Source: a virus. Taken from it: a stretch of DNA of 64,000 nt. Every line of letters begins with the position of its first letter. Within the stretch, counting starts at the first letter, position 1. A model generated the notes under the pieces. The model was given only the letters and a program-made list of their open reading frames with translations. It was not told where the DNA came from and made no database searches. Shown piece after piece: positions 28,794 through 37,199 of the stretch. The stretch lies in the IMG/VR virus record IMGVR_UViG_3300025466_000015; one strand, 5' to 3'. Both the position numbers and the translations under genes were made by a program.

Positions 28794-29573
28794 ATGCCTA
28801 ATTGGTGTTCAAATGTGGTAACAATCAGCCACGAGGATAAAGAAAAGATTGATATTCTGGAAAAAGAGTTTAGAAAAGACAATGAAAATTGTAAACCTTT
28901 TACACTCCTAAGGCCAATGCCTGACGAATACAAAGAAGGTGATTCTTGGTACATGTGGAATGTCACCAATTGGGGAACTAAATGGGAACCTTCCGTTGGT
29001 GGTGATGTTACCCGTGTAGACGATAACACATTGACCGTTATCATGGACACCGCATGGAGTCCTCCGGTTACTTTGTATGAATACATGGAAACAGAATTGG
29101 ATTACACCGTTGATGCCTATTACGAAGAATGTGGTATGGCTTTCTGTGGACACTATTCCGAAGGCTTTGATGACTACTATGAATATGGTGATATGTCTGC
29201 TGATGAACTAGAAGACAACCTTCCACCCGAAATCAACGAACACTTTGGTCTTGCTGACCGTAAACGAGACGAAGAAGACGAGGAAGAATGGAATGATGAT
29301 GCTTTTGACTTTGATGAGGATGAATCCGATACAGAGGATGATCCATATTCAATGTATGATGATTGGGAAAGAACTGGTTGGTTCCCCAAGAAAATCAAAC
29401 CAGCATACCTAGGAATGTATGAGATTAAAACCGAGTCATGGCCATTTGCTCAGTTTGGCCGTTGGGACGGTAAAAAGTGGTATGTCAGAGATGTAGATAT
29501 CAATGAATATGACATAGAGGTTAAAATTGATGAGTGGAGAGGACAGACAGAAAATGATCCAAGTAGAGATTGA
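28794..29573 (+). CDS. YubB/DUF1281 ferredoxin-like domain protein with C-terminal extension
   Basis: MPNWCSN, WYMWNVTNWGTKW, DTAWSPP, YEECGMAFCG. Confidence 0.75.
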   Translation: MPNWCSNVVTISHEDKEKIDILEKEFRKDNENCKPFTLLRPMPDEYKEGDSWYMWNVTNWGTKWEPSVGGDVTRVDDNTLTVIMDTAWSPPVTLYEYMETELDYTVDAYYEECGMAFCGHYSEGFDDYYEYGDMSADELEDNLPPEINEHFGLADRKRDEEDEEEWNDDAFDFDEDESDTEDDPYSMYDDWERTGWFPKKIKPAYLGMYEIKTESWPFAQFGRWDGKKWYVRDVDINEYDIEVKIDEWRGQTENDPSRD

Positions 29574-29889
29574 CTTTTTCTGGACGCTCACCGAACAGAT
29601 ACCGTTAGACCTAGACTTTACACCCTGTGATAAATTCTCTAGACAACAGTATTTCAAATCACCGAATGCTTTGAGTTATCTGGTTTCTAATGGTGGAACT
29701 GTTGCTGCTTGGCATACTACTTCAGCACCAACCACCACCAACTTCCAAATCAAACCATCAAAGAATTATGCTGGTCATTGGGAAGTATCTGGTAAAGACT
29801 TTCGGATATTCCGAGAGAATCGTCCGTCCTGGCTTATCCGTAAGTTTAACCAATTGCTCATCGGTTGGGTTTGGGTGGACGACAAATAA
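29554..29889 (+). CDS. Hypothetical protein
   Basis: GGAGG upstream of the ATG at 29554. Confidence 0.45.
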   Translation: MIQVEIDFFWTLTEQIPLDLDFTPCDKFSRQQYFKSPNALSYLVSNGGTVAAWHTTSAPTTTNFQIKPSKNYAGHWEVSGKDFRIFRENRPSWLIRKFNQLLIGWVWVDDK

Positions 29890-29922
29890 CTTTACATTGT
29901 GACAACCACATTTAAGGACTAA

Positions 29923-29985
29923 TCTCCCCTAGATACTGGAGGATAGTATAAGTACTATTCATTTCCAACCCAGTACTAGGAGAGA
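29923..29985 (+). promoter_or_regulatory. RBS-sequestering hairpin with internal late-promoter-like site
   Basis: TCTCCCCTAGATACTGG (29923-29939) pairs with CCAGTACTAGGAGAGA (29970-29985); TATAAGTA at 29947-29954. Confidence 0.6.
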
Positions 29986-29988
29986 ACC

Positions 29989-30330
29989 ATGGCAGATACA
30001 GATAACACAGTTGATACAACAACTGATACAACGGCAGCTCCAGCTGCTGACGCTACAGTAGATACTACAACAGCACCAGCTGACGATACAACTACTGATA
30101 CAACCACAGAGACACCAGAAAATGATGATAACATTGAGGTTGAGGATGATGAAACCGATGAGTCCGATGATTCTGAAGACGATGAAGAATTCGATGATGA
30201 GGACGATTCCGATGACGAAGAAGATGATACTGACGAGGAAGAAGATGAAGATGAGGACTCAGATGACGATGAGGAAGATGAAGATGATTCCGAGGATGAC
30301 TCTGATGAGGAAGAGGATGAACAAGCTTGA
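29989..30330 (+). CDS. Extremely acidic low-complexity protein
   Basis: Thr/Asp-rich N-half, almost pure D/E C-half; no Lys or Arg. Confidence 0.7.
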   Translation: MADTDNTVDTTTDTTAAPAADATVDTTTAPADDTTTDTTTETPENDDNIEVEDDETDESDDSEDDEEFDDEDDSDDEEDDTDEEEDEDEDSDDDEEDEDDSEDDSDEEEDEQA

Positions 30331-30357
30331 CATTAAGCTTTAATTGAGATATAATAG

Positions 30358-30382
30358 AAGGACCTTTCGGGGTCCTTTTTTT
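30358..30382 (+). terminator. Rho-independent terminator
   Basis: AAGGACCT-TTCG-GGGTCCTT followed by a T tract. Confidence 0.85.
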
Positions 30383-30707
30383 ATGCTCAAGGAATCATAT
30401 GACGAATAGAGAACATCTGATACATGACATTGAATTCTACCTAATCACAGAACATGTAAAGAAAATGTCTGGTAACTATAATGAACAAAAAACGTTAACC
30501 AAAGAAGAGGTTGACACGTTGCTATCCAGAGCAGTACGATATTTGATAGAGAACAAAGGACCAGACAATGGGTAAACTGTTTCAAAGAATCATAGAGAGA
30601 ATCACAAGTTCCACTACCAGAACCACCACAAAGAACATGAAGACTGGTAAGAGAACCACTACAACTACCACAAAGAAAAGAAAAACACCTAAGAGACCTA
30701 AGAAAAG

Positions 30708-30941
30708 ATGACACCTAGACAACAAGCAATATGGGAAAAGGCTGGTAGAATGGCTCTAAGAGAAACTGAAGATATCAATGAAGGTCAATTTGATGATTTG
30801 TTTTATAGAGTCGCTCTAGACTATTATACCAATATGCTGATAGAAGATATTAAGAGAGACCAGAAAAGACAGGTGGATGAACTGAAAGAACGTAGGAGTT
30901 TATCTAAGTTGGCAAAATGGGGTCCTATTGAGAAGGCCTAG
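30708..30941 (+). CDS. Hypothetical protein
   Basis: 77 aa ORF. Confidence 0.45.
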   Translation: MTPRQQAIWEKAGRMALRETEDINEGQFDDLFYRVALDYYTNMLIEDIKRDQKRQVDELKERRSLSKLAKWGPIEKA

Positions 30942-30958
30942 GGAAAAAATTTTACAGG

Positions 30959-31594
30959 ATGAAAAAAGTGATAACGAAACAAATGATTGATGAAACAGAA
31001 GGTAGTAACGTTTATGTCTACCTTGATAAAAAGTCCGTTGCAGTCAAAATTGGTAAAGCAGATGATATTGAAGAACGTCTTTCTCAATTACAAACTGGTA
31101 ATCCAAACACACTTGAACTCCTGTATTACATTCCGTGTGATAACAAGTACGAAGCCTTTGAGTTAGAGGCAGAACTACATGCAAAGTACCAATACCTATG
31201 GATTAGGGGTGAATGGTTTATCTATGATGAAAAAGTATTCAACCAAGTACTTGCAGAGAAACTCAATACAAAACGCAAAGAAAAAAGAAAAGCACTATCC
31301 GTTAGTACGCTGTATGGTGAGGTAGAGTATTTTGGTAACAAGAATACTCCTAGATGTTTCTTTTATCCTAACCAAATGGCACAAATATTACATGGATATG
31401 AAAAGGCTTTTAATATGAAAATGCCTTATAGAACCATGGCGTATCCAACCTATGGTAAAAGAATGATAGGAACAAACGAAACCGATAGAGTGTTTATCTC
31501 AACGAAGAAACACAATGAGAACTTGGAACTAAAAAGATTCCAAGAAGAAAAATTGAAATCCTCTGAGTCTACCCTGGAAAAATTTCTAGGATAG
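30959..31594 (+). CDS. GIY-YIG / T5orf172-family protein
   Basis: VYVY...VKIGKADDIEERLSQLQTGNP...LEAELH...RGEWF. Confidence 0.8.
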   Translation: MKKVITKQMIDETEGSNVYVYLDKKSVAVKIGKADDIEERLSQLQTGNPNTLELLYYIPCDNKYEAFELEAELHAKYQYLWIRGEWFIYDEKVFNQVLAEKLNTKRKEKRKALSVSTLYGEVEYFGNKNTPRCFFYPNQMAQILHGYEKAFNMKMPYRTMAYPTYGKRMIGTNETDRVFISTKKHNENLELKRFQEEKLKSSESTLEKFLG

Positions 31595-31710
31595 AAAATA
31601 GTAGAAATTCGAAAATTGTGGGGAGCCCCAGAAAATAAATTATTGAAATAAAGAGTTTGACCATGGGGGGCTTTTTTTTAGCTCCACAGCTAGTCAACCA
31701 GCCCCCCCAT

Positions 31711-31743
31711 AAAAAAGACCGCTAGTAACCAGTACTAGCGGCC
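31711..31743 (-). terminator. Rho-independent terminator of the inverted block
   Basis: Minus strand GGCCGCTAGTA...TACTAGCGGTC-TTTTTT. Confidence 0.75.
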
Positions 31744-31786
31744 AAAAGAGTAGCGGTGTTCAGCTACCAGTACCTAGCTCACAGCC

Positions 31787-31855
31787 TTACCAGAATAATT
31801 CTAGCAAAGCAAATTTAATAGCAATAAAAGCGATAACCAAGAGTGCTATGGTCAT
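31787..31855 (-). CDS. 22-aa hydrophobic peptide
   Basis: AAGGAG RBS; MTIALLVIAFIAIKFALLELFW. Confidence 0.45.
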   Translation of the reverse strand: MTIALLVIAFIAIKFALLELFW

Positions 31856-31864
31856 AATATCTCC

Positions 31865-32158
31865 TTAAGCAGCCATACTGGTTACAACCACAGCGGATGG
31901 TTTGCGGTTGGCTTTGAGCGCCTTGGCACCAACGGGATTGGTCTTGGCGAGCAAGCGGTCAAGCTTTGCCTGTGCCTTAGCAATGGCAACCTCACGGCGT
32001 TCAGCAGCCTTGGCAGCACGGTATATCTTGGTTGCTTCCTTTTCTTGGCGGTTGTATTCCATGGTCTCTTTAATGGACATTTTAATAACCATGAGAGCTT
32101 GGCGCTTCTGGTCTAATGTGGCGGTTTTCAAACCTAAAATGGTAAATTCGGTTGTCAT
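31865..32158 (-). CDS. Basic Ala/Lys-rich hypothetical protein
   Basis: Own promoter and AAGGA RBS. Confidence 0.65.
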   Translation of the reverse strand: MTTEFTILGLKTATLDQKRQALMVIKMSIKETMEYNRQEKEATKIYRAAKAAERREVAIAKAQAKLDRLLAKTNPVGAKALKANRKPSAVVVTSMAA

Positions 32159-32254
32159 AATATGTTTCCTTTTGTTTGTTTGTATGGGTTAATTATACTG
32201 GATCCAGAGGATTTGGCAAGCATCCGTGGAATACTTGACCAAATCACTGGGTTA

Positions 32255-32455
32255 TTATCTTTTCCTATTTGGATTCCAGATGGAATCAGCAGGAAGCAAG
32301 GATAGAATTCTATCGGTGATAGCGTCACAACCAGCCATGTCGGCTTCTTCTAGCTCGCTAATGGCTTCTAAGCCTTCAGCAAGGAATTCTAATTCGGAAG
32401 CTGTCAGGGTGAGGGTCACGGTTTCGGTGGACTTGGTTCTATATGATGCTGGCAT
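32255..32455 (-). CDS. Hypothetical protein
   Basis: Cassette promoter and RBS. Confidence 0.6.
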   Translation of the reverse strand: MPASYRTKSTETVTLTLTASELEFLAEGLEAISELEEADMAGCDAITDRILSLLPADSIWNPNRKR

Positions 32456-32548
32456 TTTATTTCCTTTTTTGATTTACTATGGAATGGATTATACCGATTC
32501 TGGATGGAATGGCAACTATTGGTGGTAATAGTCTACCAAAGCTATGGG

Positions 32549-32689
32549 TTATTCCTCGGTTACCTCAATATAACGAGCAACCGTCAAAGCTTCGCCTTCC
32601 TCCAGCTGTTCAACTATGCTATTGAAAATAAAATCGGGATTGGAACCTTCAACCAATACTACCTCAATTTCCACTTTGAATTTTACCAT
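32549..32689 (-). CDS. Hypothetical protein (46 aa)
   Basis: ATG follows the cassette RBS; the track's longer start runs through the promoter. Confidence 0.55.
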   Translation of the reverse strand: MVKFKVEIEVVLVEGSNPDFIFNSIVEQLEEGEALTVARYIEVTEE

Positions 32690-32748
32690 TTGATTTCCTT
32701 TTTGATTTGATGGATCAATTATACTAAAATTGGAGGATTTGGCAACCA

Positions 32749-33501
32749 TTAGGCTGCTAACTTGACCAAAATGGTCGGGTATTTCACAAAGCCGGTAGTG
32801 TCTTTTTTGGCCTTGCCTTTAGCGTACAAACCAACAACCACACCTTTGGGGTCTAGGAAGCGGAGGTCGCTTTCATCACCATTAAACACTGGCAAACCCA
32901 TATAAGTGGATGGCATTGGTTCGGTTTTCTTAATACCGAACACCGTAGCAATATTATAACCAGAAGCGATGGCCTTGGCCACGTCCGCCTCATTACCATC
33001 AGCATTGCTAAAGGTCAATTGGTAATTGGTGATACCAGCAACCTTACGGCCAAGCACCTTGGTGTAATCATAGAATTGGACATTGGGGAAGCGAGCGAAA
33101 ATGTTTTGGTAGAATACGCCGTTATCGGTAAAACCATACTTTTCCCATGATAGGTCGCTAGTACCATTCAAGCGGATGGCGGGAATGAGACCAGCTTTAG
33201 CGGATTGCTTGATGGCCAAATTAATATCAGCAACCAACCACTCCATAAAACCATCTCGCTCTTCAAAAAAGAAGCTTGTTTTACGGATTCTAGCTTGTTG
33301 GATGACATTGGTGGTCTCGCCTTTTTTAAACATACCACCACGTCCAGCTAAATTCAAGCAAGCAACCGTGCAACCAGCAGTCCGCTTAGGACAAACCTCA
33401 TGGCCTGAAAGGTCAGCTGGTGCCAAATGTAAAATATATGTCATATAGCCTTGAGCCATACCTTTGAGGGTCTTTGGATTGCCTGTGGATAGTAATTTCA
33501 T
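32749..33501 (-). CDS. GP88-family protein
   Basis: LHLAPA, CPKRTAGCTVACL, RLNGTSDLSWE, QFYDYTK, GDESDLRFLD, GLYAKG. Confidence 0.75.
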   Translation of the reverse strand: MKLLSTGNPKTLKGMAQGYMTYILHLAPADLSGHEVCPKRTAGCTVACLNLAGRGGMFKKGETTNVIQQARIRKTSFFFEERDGFMEWLVADINLAIKQSAKAGLIPAIRLNGTSDLSWEKYGFTDNGVFYQNIFARFPNVQFYDYTKVLGRKVAGITNYQLTFSNADGNEADVAKAIASGYNIATVFGIKKTEPMPSTYMGLPVFNGDESDLRFLDPKGVVVGLYAKGKAKKDTTGFVKYPTILVKLAA

Positions 33502-33551
33502 TTTATGTCCTTTTCTTGATTTGATGGATGGATTATACCAGAATCCTAGGA

Positions 33552-33794
33552 TTAGGCAAGCGTTTTTTGGTCTTGCATTTCACAAAGTATAAATTTAGCG
33601 ACATTCAGCTTTTGACGGGTGTATTCCACAGCACGGGGACCAGCACCCATGGACAGCATTTCCTGGCAATCGGACAGGATACCCATAACCACCATTTCCA
33701 ATCCAGAGTGCTTGGCGGTCAAGCTCTCCATATACTGGCTACGGATTTCCGCTTCGGTTATACCGTACATTTTGGTTTCCATATATTGTGACAT
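33552..33794 (-). CDS. Hypothetical protein
   Basis: Cassette promoter and RBS; ILSDCQEML. Confidence 0.6.
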   Translation of the reverse strand: MSQYMETKMYGITEAEIRSQYMESLTAKHSGLEMVVMGILSDCQEMLSMGAGPRAVEYTRQKLNVAKFILCEMQDQKTLA

Positions 33795-33884
33795 TTTATT
33801 TCCTTTTTGATTTGATGGATGGATTATACCGGATTCCAGGGGATTGGTCAAGCACTTTTGGAATACTTGACCAATCCGGTGGGT

Positions 33885-34073
33885 TTAATCCAGATTTGCT
33901 TCGTGGATTTTACGGAGCACGGAATCAATGATAGAATCGGTGGTTCCGTCCGCTAGGTTGTTGTCCATGTCGGCAAGGTCAGCATTGACCGAGTATGCGT
34001 TTAAAGCATCATACAACACGTCCATTTCCGCATCGGTGAATCCAATGGTTGTCACAGCGTCTTTTAATAACAT
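33885..34073 (-). CDS. Hypothetical acidic protein
   Basis: Cassette promoter and AAGGAG RBS. Confidence 0.6.
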   Translation of the reverse strand: MLLKDAVTTIGFTDAEMDVLYDALNAYSVNADLADMDNNLADGTTDSIIDSVLRKIHEANLD

Positions 34074-34550
34074 AATATCTCCTTTTTGATTTGATGGATG
34101 GATTATACCGGATTGGTAGGAATTGTCAACCATCCAATAATACTTGACCGGAATATACTGTTGTTTTTTGGCACTTGCCTTTGGGGCTGGTTTCGGTATA
34201 ATGGACCCTATTCGAAAGCAGGACTGGGGTGGACGTGGAGGCTGGGCATCATAATAATAACCCACTCCCCCGCTGTAATACTTTTCTCTTATATTGCCAA
34301 AACCATGGATTTTAGTATAATGCCCCTATGAAAACAAAAAAAGCAATTCAAAATTTTATAATGTATACTTTTGTATTAATAGTACTTTTGTATTCATTTG
34401 ACCAAGATACTAACATTAAAGTAATCAGCGGCTCAATTGATATGGAAGTAATACTTTAATACTCCAGTAAAAATTGTGAGTACTTTTGACTACGCTTGAC
34501 AATCCTCTGGATTATGATACAATGGAATCTTAAATTGAAAAGGACACACT

Positions 34551-34721
34551 ATGACGGACAATGATTTTATAGAATTTATTAATGAGACCAATCCAGAGGT
34601 TACCATTTGCGGCTTGACCTTTTCACCTGGCGATATCTTGAAGGAAATGGATCCCGTTGCTTTCCGTTGTTTCAAGAGCAATTTTGAGGCATCCATGGAA
34701 GAAGACGAAGCCACGGTGTAA
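34551..34721 (+). CDS. Small hypothetical protein (56 aa)
   Basis: TTGACA/TACAAT promoter at 34496-34523; AAGGA RBS; VTICGLTFSPGDILKEMDPVAF. Confidence 0.55.
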   Translation: MTDNDFIEFINETNPEVTICGLTFSPGDILKEMDPVAFRCFKSNFEASMEEDEATV

Positions 34722-34912
34722 TACTTTTTTACTACTGTACCAAATCACAGTTAAAACTTTTTCATTACAAAGGACACAAAAATGAGTACTTTAGATTCAA
34801 TGGAGTATTTTGATTACTTAAGCATTAAAGAAGCCGCAGAGGACTTGGAAGAGCTTGAAGCTCTGGCTCAAGAGTGGGAACTGTACAATAACCAAGAAAG
34901 CGAGTGGGACCT

Positions 34913-35137
34913 ATGAGCCATATGAAGGACATAGCCTTTAGACTGGAAGAGCTTGAGAATGGAATTGCTGACAATAGCTGGTCGGTAGATATGGTAGTTG
35001 CTGAGATAAACTGCTTGATGGACCTTGGGCTTCACTCTGAGATGGAAAGAGCATTCAACCGTGGTATCACCCGCTGGTATAGTGCAGGTATGCCTAAAGG
35101 TACCGCTGAGGTAGCCTCTGAGATGGCTCTGAGGTAA
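34913..35137 (+). CDS. Hypothetical protein
   Basis: ORF whose 3' end runs into the GAGGT array. Confidence 0.4.
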   Translation: MSHMKDIAFRLEELENGIADNSWSVDMVVAEINCLMDLGLHSEMERAFNRGITRWYSAGMPKGTAEVASEMALR

Positions 35138-35418
35138 CGCTGAGGTAAAAAACTTGAGGTAGCTCTGAGGTGCATTGAGGTGCAACATTGAGGTAAAAAC
35201 CGTGGGGATTCTGAGGTAAAAACATTCGGAAATGCTCAGGTAAAATCTCGGCCACAGTCTAAGTGAGAATGATTATCATTTACTTTGGTATATCAGCGAG
35301 GTATCCAACGATATTTCCTGCTGATTTTCTGAGGTTCCTTGATATTTCCTGCTGAGGTATCGTATTTTGGCACAATGAGGTAAAACTGAGAGGTAAACTC
35401 TGAGGTAGCGTAGAGGTA
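35106..35418 (+). repeat. Array of (C/T)TGAGGT(A) direct repeats
   Basis: 15 exact GAGGT copies from 35108 to 35413, all on one strand; GATATTTCCTGCTGA duplicated at 35310 and 35341. Confidence 0.85.
35264..35278. promoter_or_regulatory. Fur-box-like site
   Basis: TGAGAAT-G-ATTATCA, one mismatch to the 7-1-7 consensus TGATAAT-N-ATTATCA. Confidence 0.55.
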
Positions 35419-35508
35419 AACCCAATAAAATATTGGCTTTTCCTGTATAGTACCGACTAACGTAGGTATCATTCTATTCTTAATATAAGATGCAAGAGGT
35501 AACATAAA

Positions 35509-35703
35509 ATGGCAATATTCAAGGTAAGCAAGGTTCGTATTTCTAATTATGAGCCTGAGGTATCAATTATTCTAGACTATGACGAACTGGAGCGGATATT
35601 CATAGCATTAGATGAGCAGGTAGCGATTGATGCTGAGGGTAACATGGTTTCCGTTGATAATATGTCCCTGATGGCCAAGTTGTCTCTTTTGGACAACGAA
35701 TAG
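35509..35703 (+). CDS. Hypothetical protein
   Basis: GAGG RBS. Confidence 0.5.
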   Translation: MAIFKVSKVRISNYEPEVSIILDYDELERIFIALDEQVAIDAEGNMVSVDNMSLMAKLSLLDNE

Positions 35704-35782
35704 TCTACCGGTTTGGTCGGGTATTACTTGACAAACCGAGGTAAGCCTGTATAATTGTATTTTTAGTTGATAAGGAAAGAAA

Positions 35783-35998
35783 ATGAAGTTACCCTTTAAG
35801 TGTATGGTTTTGGATAAAGAGCCTGTTCTGGTCTCTAATCCTTTTTCTGGTGAATCTTGTCTATTGACACCTGAGGCAGTTGCGGTGTATGATATGATTA
35901 AAGGTTCTGAGATGTTTGGCGACTATAAGACTGTTCGTAAAGGACTGGACTGGTTTGCTGAGAATTTTCCCTCTGAGTATATGACTTTATTGGATTGA
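35783..35998 (+). CDS. Conserved phage hypothetical protein
   Basis: NPFSGESCLLTPEAVAVYD...YMTLLD; promoter at 35728-35755. Confidence 0.6.
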   Translation: MKLPFKCMVLDKEPVLVSNPFSGESCLLTPEAVAVYDMIKGSEMFGDYKTVRKGLDWFAENFPSEYMTLLD

Positions 35999-36210
35999 TG
36001 ATGAATAAAAATGTAGCAAAATTGTTTGTCAAGGCTGGTGGTTCTATTGAGGCCATGGAGAGTGGTGATAGTTACCTGACCTATTGTGATGATGGTTTTG
36101 ATCCTGAGTTGTTTGCTGAGTTGATTATTCGTAATTGTGCTCATGTATGTTTGGAAGCAAATGATTATGAGCGTATTTTGAATCTTTTTGAAATTGGAGT
36201 GAAAGTATGA
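35995..36210 (+). CDS. Divergent member of the FAELIxREC small-protein family
   Basis: ELFAELIIRNCAHVC...ILNLFEI. Confidence 0.55.
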   Translation: MMMNKNVAKLFVKAGGSIEAMESGDSYLTYCDDGFDPELFAELIIRNCAHVCLEANDYERILNLFEIGVKV

Positions 36211-36404
36211 GTTTAGGTGTTTTTCCCATTTCTGAGTTAGATTCTTTTCGTAAGCGTATGGCTCGTGAAGGCAAGTATTATAGAATCCGTTATCGTGGTC
36301 CTCGTAATACAGTATTGGATCGTGGTCGGTCTCCTATGAGTAGAGCATCTAGCTGTCTGAAAGCCAATGCCGTTAAGTTTGCTGTTTACAATTATTATTA
36401 TTGA
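36207..36404 (+). CDS. Basic hypothetical protein
   Basis: YRIRYRGPR...FAVY; GGAG RBS. Confidence 0.5.
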   Translation: MSLGVFPISELDSFRKRMAREGKYYRIRYRGPRNTVLDRGRSPMSRASSCLKANAVKFAVYNYYY

Positions 36405-36411
36405 TGGAGTT

Positions 36412-36633
36412 ATGATGAAAAGAGATGAAATATTGGCAAAATTGTATGGCATTCAAAATGAATTGTCCATGATATATGACTATGCTAATGAGGCGAGAGA
36501 TAGTGAGTTGATGGAGCAAATTAACAATGCTGAGGTTTCTATTGAAGAAGCATTGGATGGTTTGTACATTGCCGACCGTGATTACCAACCTGATGAAGCA
36601 CAGGAATGGCATGATTTTGATCCCGAGTGTTAA
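36412..36633 (+). CDS. Hypothetical protein
   Basis: C-terminal QPDEAQEWHDFDPEC; GGAG RBS. Confidence 0.55.
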   Translation: MMKRDEILAKLYGIQNELSMIYDYANEARDSELMEQINNAEVSIEEALDGLYIADRDYQPDEAQEWHDFDPEC

Positions 36634-36851
36634 TTTTAATAGGAGTTTAAGATGAGTAAAACTGAAGCAGACTTTGTATTTTTTGATTATGTACACCTGA
36701 GGATATTGTCTTTGGATGAAAAATCCACGGATAATGTAACGGTGTTGTTGGAAATATACAACAAAGTGAAAGAAGATTTGTATGGGGCTTGACAGGACCC
36801 TAGGAACCTGTATAATTGTGTTTATCTTATTTAAATCAAGGAGTTTTTATT

Positions 36852-37196
36852 ATGTCTAATTTGTCTAACCATTCTGATTCTATCATGGCTTCTGTAGCCA
36901 ATTCATTGATGGCTGGTGTAAAATCACCAACTGCCACAACCGTTAAGACTGCCAAAGTGTCTACACCCAAAGCACCTGCAGCTCCCAAACCTGTTAAAGT
37001 GGCCAAAGTGGCAACTAACAAGCCAAGCAAGATTGTTCACCCCGATGGCACCGTGTTCTTCCGTACAGACCGTAACAAGTGGATTGCTATGGCCAATGGC
37101 AAGCAAGAGGCAGCTCGTGATACTGCTGAGAAGTGTGTACAATTCATTAACAAGAAATATCCTGGTTTGACAGCCAACATTTTACCCAAGGAGTAA
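36852..37196 (+). CDS. Lys/Ala/Pro-rich protein with possible AP2-like DNA-binding C-terminus
   Basis: GTVFFRTDRNKWIA...TAEKC; promoter at 36789-36816; AAGGAG RBS. Confidence 0.45.
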   Translation: MSNLSNHSDSIMASVANSLMAGVKSPTATTVKTAKVSTPKAPAAPKPVKVAKVATNKPSKIVHPDGTVFFRTDRNKWIAMANGKQEAARDTAEKCVQFINKKYPGLTANILPKE

Positions 37197-37199
37197 TTG

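Larger units (their letters stand above)
32159..34149 (-). repeat. Six related promoter/leader cassettes, one per gene
   Basis: TTG(A/C)C(A/C/T)-16/17 nt-TATAAT at 32192-32219, 32488-32515, 32718-32745, 33532-33559, 33823-33851 and 34102-34129, each followed by a variant of CCATCCATCAAATCAAAAAGGA. Confidence 0.85.

Noticed and set aside
32690-34265. Shared peptide (G/S)II(H/D)PSNQKG in three track ORFs as a protein motif
   Set aside because: It is the translation of the repeated promoter/leader DNA; the real starts follow the RBS
35106-35418. GAGGT array as a CRISPR or guide-RNA array
   Set aside because: The unit is only 5-8 nt with short irregular linkers, and no cas or Nop-domain gene is recognisable nearby
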